Shown: positions 54,136 through 61,651 of the stretch, in pieces
Numbering within the stretch: position 1 is the first letter of the stretch
Layout: each line of letters opens with the position of its first letter
IMG/VR virus record: IMGVR_UViG_3300028549_001137
Span: 1 to 64,000 of that record
Origin: a virus
Lineage: Duplodnaviria > Caudoviricetes
Direction: 5' to 3' (one strand)
DNA: 64,000 nt
Made by a program: the position numbers and the translations under genes
The notes under the pieces: generated by a model
What the model saw: the letters and a program-made list of their open reading frames with translations, nothing else
Told to the model about the DNA's origin: nothing
Database searches by the model: none

Positions 54136-55196
54136 TTACTGGTAAGGAAGAGAGATATATCTATGTTAAACAAGCGTTCGAACAGGAAGGGTACACCCTT
54201 CTGACAGAAGTGTATGTGAACTCTGCGTATAAACTAAAGTACGTTTGTCCAAATAATCATACACATAGTATAACTTGGGAGAACTGGCAACAGGGGTACA
54301 GGTGCCCTTGTAGTATATGTACTGGTAGACCGACGATAACAACAGTGGCTGAATCATTTGCGTCGTCGGGCTGTGTGTTGATAAGTGACGTGTATCATAC
54401 CAACAAAACAGTATTGCATTATATTTGCGGGAACGGTTCCGTGATGAAGACAAACTGGAAGAATTGGCAACAACGCAGTAAATGTGACTGTGCTATATGT
54501 AGAGGGTATCCTACAATAGATAGCATAATAAAATCATTTAGCGCAGAGGGATACACGTTACTTACAACCAAATATATTAATAATAAACAGAAACTTGAGT
54601 ATATCTGCCCTAATGGCCACCATCACGGTGTGGTATATAATGCTTGGGATAGGGGCAATCGTTGTCCCTATTGTTCTGGTAATCGGGTTAGTATGGTAGA
54701 CATAGAGAGGTCTTTTAAAATAGTGGGCTACACTTTGTTAACGACGGTGTATAAAAATAACTTTACCAAGTTAAACTATATTTGTCCAAATAATAGTGAA
54801 CATTCTATTACGTGGAACGATTGGTCGCAGGGGGCAAGATGTCCTTGTTACGAGTGTCAAAAAGCATCGTATGTTAAACAAGGCATCAAAATGTCAGGGC
54901 AAAGAAATCCTTCATGGAAAGGTGGTATTTCCTTCGAGCCATATTGTGAAGCGTGGAAAGATCAAGAGTACAAAAAAGATATTCGTGATCGTGACGGTAA
55001 CAGGTGTTTAAATCCATATTGCAACTCACCTGATGCCCACGATCTTACCATCCATCATATAGACTATAATAAAAAGAATTGTGAACCAGGTAATCTAATT
55101 ACAATATGTCGTTCTTGTAACTCAAAGGCAAATAAGGATAGGGCGTGGCACATGCTTTGGTATCAGTCAATATTAAAAAATAGATCTGTCTATTGA
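54114..55196 (+). CDS. Free-standing HNH homing endonuclease with four N-terminal zinc-ribbon repeats
   Basis: Four GY.LL...Y.N....L.Y.CP..H......W..W..G.RC repeats; SGQRNPSWKGG (NUMOD3-like); RDRDGNRC...IHHIDYNKKNC...NLITICRSCN HNH core. Start codon uncertain. Confidence 0.85.
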   Translation: MFRVDKVITGKEERYIYVKQAFEQEGYTLLTEVYVNSAYKLKYVCPNNHTHSITWENWQQGYRCPCSICTGRPTITTVAESFASSGCVLISDVYHTNKTVLHYICGNGSVMKTNWKNWQQRSKCDCAICRGYPTIDSIIKSFSAEGYTLLTTKYINNKQKLEYICPNGHHHGVVYNAWDRGNRCPYCSGNRVSMVDIERSFKIVGYTLLTTVYKNNFTKLNYICPNNSEHSITWNDWSQGARCPCYECQKASYVKQGIKMSGQRNPSWKGGISFEPYCEAWKDQEYKKDIRDRDGNRCLNPYCNSPDAHDLTIHHIDYNKKNCEPGNLITICRSCNSKANKDRAWHMLWYQSILKNRSVY

Positions 55197-55220
55197 CATA
55201 CACCATAGTATGTTTATCTT
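55193..55220 (+). promoter_or_regulatory. Sigma70-like promoter
   Basis: TTGACA (contains the HNH stop codon), 16-nt spacer, TATCTT. Confidence 0.45.
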
Positions 55221-55251
55221 AAGCAAGTACACAAAAGGGAGGTACAATATT

Positions 55252-55548
55252 ATGAATGAATTAAACATAGGTATGGCAAGTTACGATTCTGTAACGTACA
55301 AGAAACATTGTAAAGATTTTGTTAGTTTAAAAGATGGTACTATAGTTGGGGACTACAAGTACTGTAATTTAAGTAGAAGATGTAGACAGATAGACATCGT
55401 TAATGGCTCTCCTGTTCCTATGGAGTCTCATTATTGTCCGGTGGTAGACCCAAATACTGGAGAGGTCCTTGAGTTCGAGTATTATTGTACAGGCATGCAT
55501 GATTGCAGGCCTCGGCCAGAACGTTTAGAAGACGACAAAGTATCGTAA
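55252..55548 (+). CDS. Hypothetical Cys-rich protein
   Basis: Start moved to ATG 55252 after GGGAGG. Confidence 0.6.
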   Translation: MNELNIGMASYDSVTYKKHCKDFVSLKDGTIVGDYKYCNLSRRCRQIDIVNGSPVPMESHYCPVVDPNTGEVLEFEYYCTGMHDCRPRPERLEDDKVS

Positions 55549-55556
55549 GGAGGTAC

Positions 55557-56024
55557 ATGATGAGCATTAATTCTACTCTATTCTCTTTCGAAAATATTAA
55601 TATCGATGAAGGACTAATGAATGAGATATGGAGATTTAATCCTAACACTTTAGATAGTTTAACTGATATTACTGTAAGTAAATACTCAATAGCACTAGCG
55701 CAGTATTTAATATATTTCACCTCAGAAAGAAACAAAACAAAGGCTATTGTTGCTAAGAAGAAAATGTTTCTTGATTCATCTCTTTCTATAGCAATGGACA
55801 AGGATATTCTTAAAAGATACAGTACTAAAAAAGATGCTACTGCTTTTATTGTGTCTACTAACAGAGACTTCGCAGTGATAGACCAACAGATAGAGGATTT
55901 ACAAGAAGAACTAACCCGTTTGGATGGTATGGATAAGAGTATTAGTGAGCTTATTGCTACTTTTAAACGTGAACTTACACGACGAGAAAAAGAACTTTTT
56001 GCTATACGACAAGAACGTCACTAA
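55557..56024 (+). CDS. Helical protein, possible UvsY-like recombination mediator
   Basis: ATG 55557 after AGGAGG; long helix, KRYSTKKD...STNRDF linker, then coiled coil; lies between recA and dnaB. Similarity is topological only. Confidence 0.35.
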   Translation: MMSINSTLFSFENINIDEGLMNEIWRFNPNTLDSLTDITVSKYSIALAQYLIYFTSERNKTKAIVAKKKMFLDSSLSIAMDKDILKRYSTKKDATAFIVSTNRDFAVIDQQIEDLQEELTRLDGMDKSISELIATFKRELTRREKELFAIRQERH

Positions 56025-56139
56025 CGTTTAATGTACGTTATCCATCTTGGTAAGAGTGTTGCTGTAAATTGAGCACTCTACTACAATAACCTTATTAACA
56101 CAAAAAAAGGAGAAGGGATTTCTCTGTGCGTATGACGGA

Positions 56140-57567
56140 GTGATATCTCTAATAACTATGAACTTAGAAATAAAAGAAAAATTTTGTAGGCCAGGAGATG
56201 AGCGTACTATTTTATCCTATTGTTTTAGAAATATGGACTACTTCTATAGTCTGACTTCAAAAATCACAGAGATGGACTTTCTATACGACGACCATCAGAT
56301 GCTGTTTATGATGATGAAAAACTTAGTAGACCAGGGAGTTAAGTCTATAGACGTAGCAATGGTTATTAATCAAGCACAGGGGAGTGGAGTGTTAGATATG
56401 CTTGGTGGTGCCGGTTACATTCAGTCAATAGGAAACATAGAATCTGCTAAAGATAATTTTGATAAATACCTGTCTAATGTTATAGAAGCAAGTGTTAAAT
56501 ATCGAGCATATGTAACACTATCTCATCACATGAATACTTTGGTAGAAAATGCTCATGATGGTAAGAATAGTTCTGAGATGATATGTAGTATAGAGTCAGA
56601 TATGTTGGATATGACAACCAAATCTATAATGAATAACAATGACCCCATTAATTTAAAAGACTCGTTACATAGTTTTATTGAAGAGCGTAAGAACGCGGTT
56701 ATTGGTATGACTGGTATTTCTTCTGGGTTCCCTATATTGGATAGGCAGATTGATGGTCTTATACCTGGAACATTATTAGTGGTCGCTGCCAGGAAAAAAA
56801 TGGGTAAGAGTACATTTCTAACCAATATAGGTTTAAATGCGGCGTACTCTCTTAATATACCCACGCTGTATATAGATACTGAGTTAACGTTTACTGAGTG
56901 GCGAACACGTGCACTGGCCAGACTTTCTGGCCTTAAAGAAAGGGACATTAAGCACGGCGGTTACACACAGGAACAGTGTAGTAAACTGGAGCGTTCAGAA
57001 AAGAAAATAGCTTCTGGTAGTATGTTTCATATGTATATGCCTGGGTATAGTGTTGATAAAGTTGTAGCTCTTTGTAAAAAGTACAAACTTAAAGAAGACG
57101 TCGGTCTGATTATATTTGACTACCTTAAAGAACCGGACTTATCAACTACTGACGGTACTAGAAAAGAACATCAACTACTTGGTGATATAACTACAAAACT
57201 TAAGGACTTAGCAGGTATATTAAATGTACCTGTAGTTACAGCGGTGCAGTTAAATAGGGCTAATGATATAGCAGATAGTGATAGGATAGCACGGTATGGT
57301 GATGTTATAGCACTGTGGGGACCAAGGACTGAGCCTGAGCGTATGAGGGGAGGAAAAGAGGTTGGAAACTATAAGTTAATCATTAAGGATACTCGTAGAG
57401 GAGGTAGTACAGGGGAGGAGGGTATAGGTTATTGGTTCTTTAAGGAGCAATTACATATTACAGAAGTTAATATACACTCTCAGTTTTTTATGAATAATCA
57501 GAGTGAGGTCTCTAATTATGATGACGCAGATAGTGAAAGATACGAACAAGAAATCGAAGTCTTTTGA
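56140..57567 (+). CDS. dnaB: DnaB-like replicative helicase
   Basis: ISSGFPILDRQIDG, Walker A AARKKMGKST, IDTE, IIFDYL, AVQLNR, KDTRRGG. The start may be ATG 56158. Confidence 0.93.
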   Translation: MISLITMNLEIKEKFCRPGDERTILSYCFRNMDYFYSLTSKITEMDFLYDDHQMLFMMMKNLVDQGVKSIDVAMVINQAQGSGVLDMLGGAGYIQSIGNIESAKDNFDKYLSNVIEASVKYRAYVTLSHHMNTLVENAHDGKNSSEMICSIESDMLDMTTKSIMNNNDPINLKDSLHSFIEERKNAVIGMTGISSGFPILDRQIDGLIPGTLLVVAARKKMGKSTFLTNIGLNAAYSLNIPTLYIDTELTFTEWRTRALARLSGLKERDIKHGGYTQEQCSKLERSEKKIASGSMFHMYMPGYSVDKVVALCKKYKLKEDVGLIIFDYLKEPDLSTTDGTRKEHQLLGDITTKLKDLAGILNVPVVTAVQLNRANDIADSDRIARYGDVIALWGPRTEPERMRGGKEVGNYKLIIKDTRRGGSTGEEGIGYWFFKEQLHITEVNIHSQFFMNNQSEVSNYDDADSERYEQEIEVF

Positions 57568-58594
57568 TAATGAGATCCCTTTTAGGGATAGGATAGACGC
57601 TGTAAAACAATTAATAGTCCCCGCATATCTTTTGGAGCAACTAGGCTTTACCATAGACAGTGAATCGTCCAAAGAGATAAGATGCGCTTGCTTAGTTCAT
57701 GGTGGTGATAACACAACGTCTTTTAGGGTTAATAAAGAATTAAATACATGGGTATGTTTTAGTGCTCAGTGTCATCAGCAACACGGAAATGACTTTTTTG
57801 GGTTGGTAAGGGCTGTAAATAAGTGTAGTTTTATGGGTGCATTAGAGTATCTTGAAGAACTTACCGGAAGCAAAAATGTAAATAAAGAGAGTTTGATTAG
57901 GTTTAAACGCAAACGTGAACAGCAGGAATTTATAAGGCATAATGCGGCTCTTTCTGTAGAGAGACCTGCCATGGTGGACGAAACTAAGTTAAAGTATTAT
58001 AAACCATACAGGTCTCAATTTTTTATTGAGCAGGGGTTTACTTCGGAGGTCCTAGACTACTTCGATATTGCGGGCGGGTACAGTGATGCAGAAGGTATAA
58101 TTAGAGATATTATTCCTATAAGAGACGTCAAGGGTTCACTAGTTGCTTATAGTTTAAGAGATATAAGACCACACGCAGTTAGCACAGATAGGAAGTATAG
58201 ACTCACGCCCGGTTTTGACAAAGATACTTGTTTATATAATTTAAATAACGCTAAACTATTTTCTGATGAAAAACCTATTATTGTAGTAGAGGGATTTAAA
58301 TCTGTATGGCGACTACACAGTATAGGTGTTGATAATGTAGTTGCTTGTATGGGGTCAGGAATAACCTCCGGGCAGGCTAATTTGTTGTGCACCTATGCTA
58401 ATAAGGGGGTTGTGTTATTCTATGATAATGACATAGCCGGAGCGACTGCTGTAGGTAGAACATTGTCCTTATTAGAAGGGAAAATGAAAATTTATCTTGA
58501 AGTAATAACAGAGGTGGATGAACATGGTAAGGGTTTAGACCCAGCGGACCTTGATAAGGACCAATTAATGTATTATGTTAAGGATTATGTTTAA
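57518..58594 (+). CDS. dnaG: DnaG-like primase
   Basis: Zn finger CACLVH...CFSAQC; TOPRIM IIVVEGF, YDND, DPAD. ATG 57518 after GAGG, overlapping the dnaB end. Confidence 0.92.
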   Translation: MMTQIVKDTNKKSKSFDNEIPFRDRIDAVKQLIVPAYLLEQLGFTIDSESSKEIRCACLVHGGDNTTSFRVNKELNTWVCFSAQCHQQHGNDFFGLVRAVNKCSFMGALEYLEELTGSKNVNKESLIRFKRKREQQEFIRHNAALSVERPAMVDETKLKYYKPYRSQFFIEQGFTSEVLDYFDIAGGYSDAEGIIRDIIPIRDVKGSLVAYSLRDIRPHAVSTDRKYRLTPGFDKDTCLYNLNNAKLFSDEKPIIVVEGFKSVWRLHSIGVDNVVACMGSGITSGQANLLCTYANKGVVLFYDNDIAGATAVGRTLSLLEGKMKIYLEVITEVDEHGKGLDPADLDKDQLMYYVKDYV

Positions 58595-58610
58595 TTAAAG
58601 GAGGAGGCTT

Positions 58611-58937
58611 ATGATAGAAGGGGAGAATTTTTGTGTGTTTGTTGGTAAATTGGTGAAACCTGTTTTTAATTTAGTTGGTGATGGTAATCATCCCATGTTA
58701 AAAGCAAGTTTAGCAATACCTACTGCTGACGGTGGCAAACAGTATATCAAGATAACGGCTTGGTATAATAATGCGGAAGCGCTCAATGAGGTAGGTACTA
58801 AGCAATTTGTTAAAATACATGCGCACATAGAAGAAAGTTCATTTGATGGTAAGTGTCGTCACTGTGGTGGGTCTGAGAAAAAGTATTGGACTACTGCCGT
58901 AGTAGATAATTTTGTAATTTTAAATGAGGAGGAATAG
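58611..58937 (+). CDS. ssb: Single-stranded DNA-binding protein (OB fold) with CxxC insertion
   Basis: N..V.VGKL..., YIKITAW...AE......K...V.I..HIEESSF...KYWT.A.VDNF follows the SSB pattern; CRHC sits in the L45-type hairpin. Confidence 0.7.
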   Translation: MIEGENFCVFVGKLVKPVFNLVGDGNHPMLKASLAIPTADGGKQYIKITAWYNNAEALNEVGTKQFVKIHAHIEESSFDGKCRHCGGSEKKYWTTAVVDNFVILNEEE

Positions 58938-58939
58938 CC

Positions 58940-59275
58940 ATGCAAGAACAAACATATGAAGGACTACCCACAGCGTCGTTTTTACCTATCGCTAACGCGA
59001 GATTTAAAGTGGTAGACGAAATCAATATAAGTATTTCTAGACGAGGTGCTTATCATGACATTAATCCAGATTTATTTGATGCCGAGGCTGGAGAGTTTGA
59101 TATAATGAAAGGGGATGTACTCTATCTTCCTTCTATTACAAAAGTACTTTTGGCGGAAAATAAATATCCTCAACTAAAAGGTAATCAAATATTTACACCT
59201 TATGTAATAGTATTTAATAAGGACACCGTAGAGATACAAGGTAATATAATAGAGATTTTACAGATACAACAATAA
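58940..59275 (+). CDS. Hypothetical protein
   Basis: SD GAGGAGG; 111 aa. Confidence 0.6.
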   Translation: MQEQTYEGLPTASFLPIANARFKVVDEINISISRRGAYHDINPDLFDAEAGEFDIMKGDVLYLPSITKVLLAENKYPQLKGNQIFTPYVIVFNKDTVEIQGNIIEILQIQQ

Positions 59276-59285
59276 GGAGTATAGT

Positions 59286-59429
59286 ATGGAGAATGAAACT
59301 AATAATGGCACATTGTTGGACACTGTTCATAGATGTTTAATGTGTAATGCTATAGCGTATAAAATAAGTGACGGTGAGTTTGTGTGTAGTGTGTGTGGTT
59401 TTAAGTGGACAGTAGGTGGTCATGCCTAA
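59286..59429 (+). CDS. 47-aa zinc-ribbon protein (not in the ORF track)
   Basis: SD AAGGAG; MENETNNGTLLDTVHRCLMCNAIAYKISDGEFVCSVCGFKWTVGGHA; stop overlaps the ruvC start. Confidence 0.7.
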   Translation: MENETNNGTLLDTVHRCLMCNAIAYKISDGEFVCSVCGFKWTVGGHA

Positions 59430-59970
59430 TAAATATACAGCAGGAGCCAACTTTAGAATCTTGAGTATGGATGTCTCAGCGTCTTCTACTGGTTGGTCTT
59501 TTCTGGATGGTGTTGATGGTAAGATTGAGTACGGTACTATTAAAACAAAATCAAATAAATCCACTGCTGAAAGACTTACTAACTTTAGGTCGGAGTTGCG
59601 GGTAATTTTGGATAAGCACAAACCTAGTGTTGTTGTTTTAGAGGACACCTTTATAGGTAAAAACCCTTCTGTTAATAAACTACTGTCTAAGTTTGGAGGG
59701 GTAGCAGAACAAACAGTGTTCGAGTACTGTAGTAATGTTCCTTATATTGTAAGCAATAAGAGTGTAAAAGCATTTTTTAAAGCTAAGTGTAAAGAGGATA
59801 TGTTTGCCATAGTGGTGGACGTGTTGGAGTGGGACGTACGATCTCATCCGTTTAATAAATTTAATGACATAGTTGATTCTATAGGACAGTTAATGTATTG
59901 TTGCGACAGCACACTAGGAATCAAACAATTCAGATTGGAGTGTGATTATGGTTACAGATATCAAAGGTAG
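59422..59970 (+). CDS. ruvC: RuvC-like Holliday junction resolvase
   Basis: ILSMDVS..STGW, VVLEDTF, L.KFGG, P.IV..K.VK, DIVDSIG acidic tetrad. Confidence 0.85.
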   Translation: MPNKYTAGANFRILSMDVSASSTGWSFLDGVDGKIEYGTIKTKSNKSTAERLTNFRSELRVILDKHKPSVVVLEDTFIGKNPSVNKLLSKFGGVAEQTVFEYCSNVPYIVSNKSVKAFFKAKCKEDMFAIVVDVLEWDVRSHPFNKFNDIVDSIGQLMYCCDSTLGIKQFRLECDYGYRYQR

Positions 59971-60286
59971 TATATTAGCACATGCGACCAGGGAGAATGT
60001 AAAGCTTGAGATGCTGGATGTTTTTATGGAGTTTGCGGGTAAAGAAGGTGTAACGTTTACCAATAAACAGAAAGATTTTATTTTGGACCGTACCGATGCA
60101 TTAGTAGATATGTACGACGTTTCTGTGAAGTATAGGAAGATGAACATTCAAGACGCTAGTGGTGGAGTAATACATGAGGTAGTTGTAGAAGATGATGTGT
60201 CTAGAATAGTTAAGTTGTTCAGAGTAAGCATAGCTAAAATGATATTTCATATCATACGTTTAGATTTAGCTAATAAATTTCATTGA
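59948..60286 (+). CDS. Hypothetical protein
   Basis: ATG 59948 after GGAG, overlapping the ruvC end. Confidence 0.55.
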   Translation: MVTDIKGSILAHATRENVKLEMLDVFMEFAGKEGVTFTNKQKDFILDRTDALVDMYDVSVKYRKMNIQDASGGVIHEVVVEDDVSRIVKLFRVSIAKMIFHIIRLDLANKFH

Positions 60287-60310
60287 CATTTAATAATAGA
60301 TGCTTAGATT
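60283..60310 (+). promoter_or_regulatory. Sigma70-like promoter
   Basis: TTGACA (contains the upstream stop codon), 16-nt spacer, TAGATT. Confidence 0.4.
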
Positions 60311-60357
60311 TGGTACATAGGAAAGATGTTCAATAATATAATTAAATAGGAGATATT

Positions 60358-61515
60358 ATGGCAAAGGAAGTTAAAATTAGTGCTACAAGAATAAGTTCAT
60401 TTCTAAGGTGTAAACAGAAGTATTGGTTTCAGTATAAACAATATCTTCCAAAACTATCAAATCCAGCATTTAAGTTAGGTATCGCCTGTCATGAATCATT
60501 GGAGTTGGCAGGCCGTATTTGGAAAGATAACGGTGAGATCACCAAGGAAGATCATAAAGCGATCCTTGATTTGTACAACGAGATATCTGTTCGGGAGGGT
60601 GTGGAAGAGATGGAGGTACATGCCTTAGGACGAGAACTTGTTACAACAAGAATCAGTAATTTTGACATGGGCAAAAAGATAATTAGTTTAGAAGAGAAGT
60701 TTGGTTTTCCAAACAGCCAACACCCTGAACTTAAGACTGCTTATGGGGTACCTTTGATAGGGGCAATGGATAAGGTAATAGAATTTGATGAGGACACTCT
60801 GATAGTAGTTGACTATAAAACGTCTAAAACAGCACCAACTCCAGAGCAACTTGGGGCAGACCTACAGTTGTCATTATATGATGTGGTGGCAGGGATGTTG
60901 TATCCTCAGTATAAAAGAATCATTTTATGTTTAGATATGTTAAAATCAGAGCCTGTGTATACATATAGAACACCAGAACAACGCAAAGATTTTGACGCTT
61001 ATCTGGCTGTTGTACATAAAGCAATGGTTGATTTCGAAGATAAGGATGCTCTTCCGAGTTTAAATGTGTTCTGTCCTTGGTGTGATTTTAAGGACTACTG
61101 TGACACTTATAAAAAAGCGTGTTCTAATAAAGATTATGATTTTATGCCTGTGGCTAATTATACCAACGAACAACTTATATCTGAGTGGGAGCAGATAAGT
61201 AACACTTCAAAAATACTTGAGACCAGAAAGCGTGAACTGTCGATGGTGATCATGGAAAAAATAAAGAACGCTGGTACAGATTTGAGTGGTGGTGATAAGC
61301 AAGCGTATATTAGACAAAGCGCGAGAACTAATTATGATACTAAGGCTATTCAGGCCCTTGTCCCTCCTGCTGATTTTGGAAACATGGTAACAATTAAGAA
61401 ATCAGATGTTGATAGTTACTGTGAAAAACACCCTAAGATAAAAAAAGAGGTGTTAAAGAATGCTGTTACAAACTTTTCATCTCCGTTCCTGGCAACCAGG
61501 AAAATTAAAAAATAG
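60358..61515 (+). CDS. PD-(D/E)XK (RecB/Cas4-like) nuclease
   Basis: SATRISSF..C..KY, G...H..LE, GAMDKV...VVDYKTS, QLSLY, CPWCDFKDYC. Confidence 0.85.
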   Translation: MAKEVKISATRISSFLRCKQKYWFQYKQYLPKLSNPAFKLGIACHESLELAGRIWKDNGEITKEDHKAILDLYNEISVREGVEEMEVHALGRELVTTRISNFDMGKKIISLEEKFGFPNSQHPELKTAYGVPLIGAMDKVIEFDEDTLIVVDYKTSKTAPTPEQLGADLQLSLYDVVAGMLYPQYKRIILCLDMLKSEPVYTYRTPEQRKDFDAYLAVVHKAMVDFEDKDALPSLNVFCPWCDFKDYCDTYKKACSNKDYDFMPVANYTNEQLISEWEQISNTSKILETRKRELSMVIMEKIKNAGTDLSGGDKQAYIRQSARTNYDTKAIQALVPPADFGNMVTIKKSDVDSYCEKHPKIKKEVLKNAVTNFSSPFLATRKIKK

Positions 61516-61651
61516 TCCAACGTGTGTCAAGTAATTTAATCGTCGTGTACCACTCTTGTAATTCTAAAGTAGTCAAGGGTAGTGAGTGGTACTCATAATG
61601 GTATCAAATGATACTAACTAAAAAATATAACTATCAAAAGGGGAATTAATT

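Noticed and set aside
56025-56139. tRNA or ncRNA in the gap before dnaB (AGAGTGTT...AGCACTCT hairpin)
   Set aside because: Only one 8-bp stem containing a wobble pair; no cloverleaf, T-loop or U-tract.
52602-57567. Inteins or introns in RecA or DnaB
   Set aside because: Both have normal core lengths and continuous motifs.
60862-60879. QLSLY as a beta-clamp-binding motif (QL[SD]LF)
   Set aside because: It coincides with the conserved QxxxY motif of RecB-family nucleases, so it is explained without clamp binding.
60358-61515. Cas4-like nuclease as evidence of a CRISPR system
   Set aside because: No repeat-spacer array or other cas gene in the window; solo RecB/Cas4-like nucleases are common in phages.
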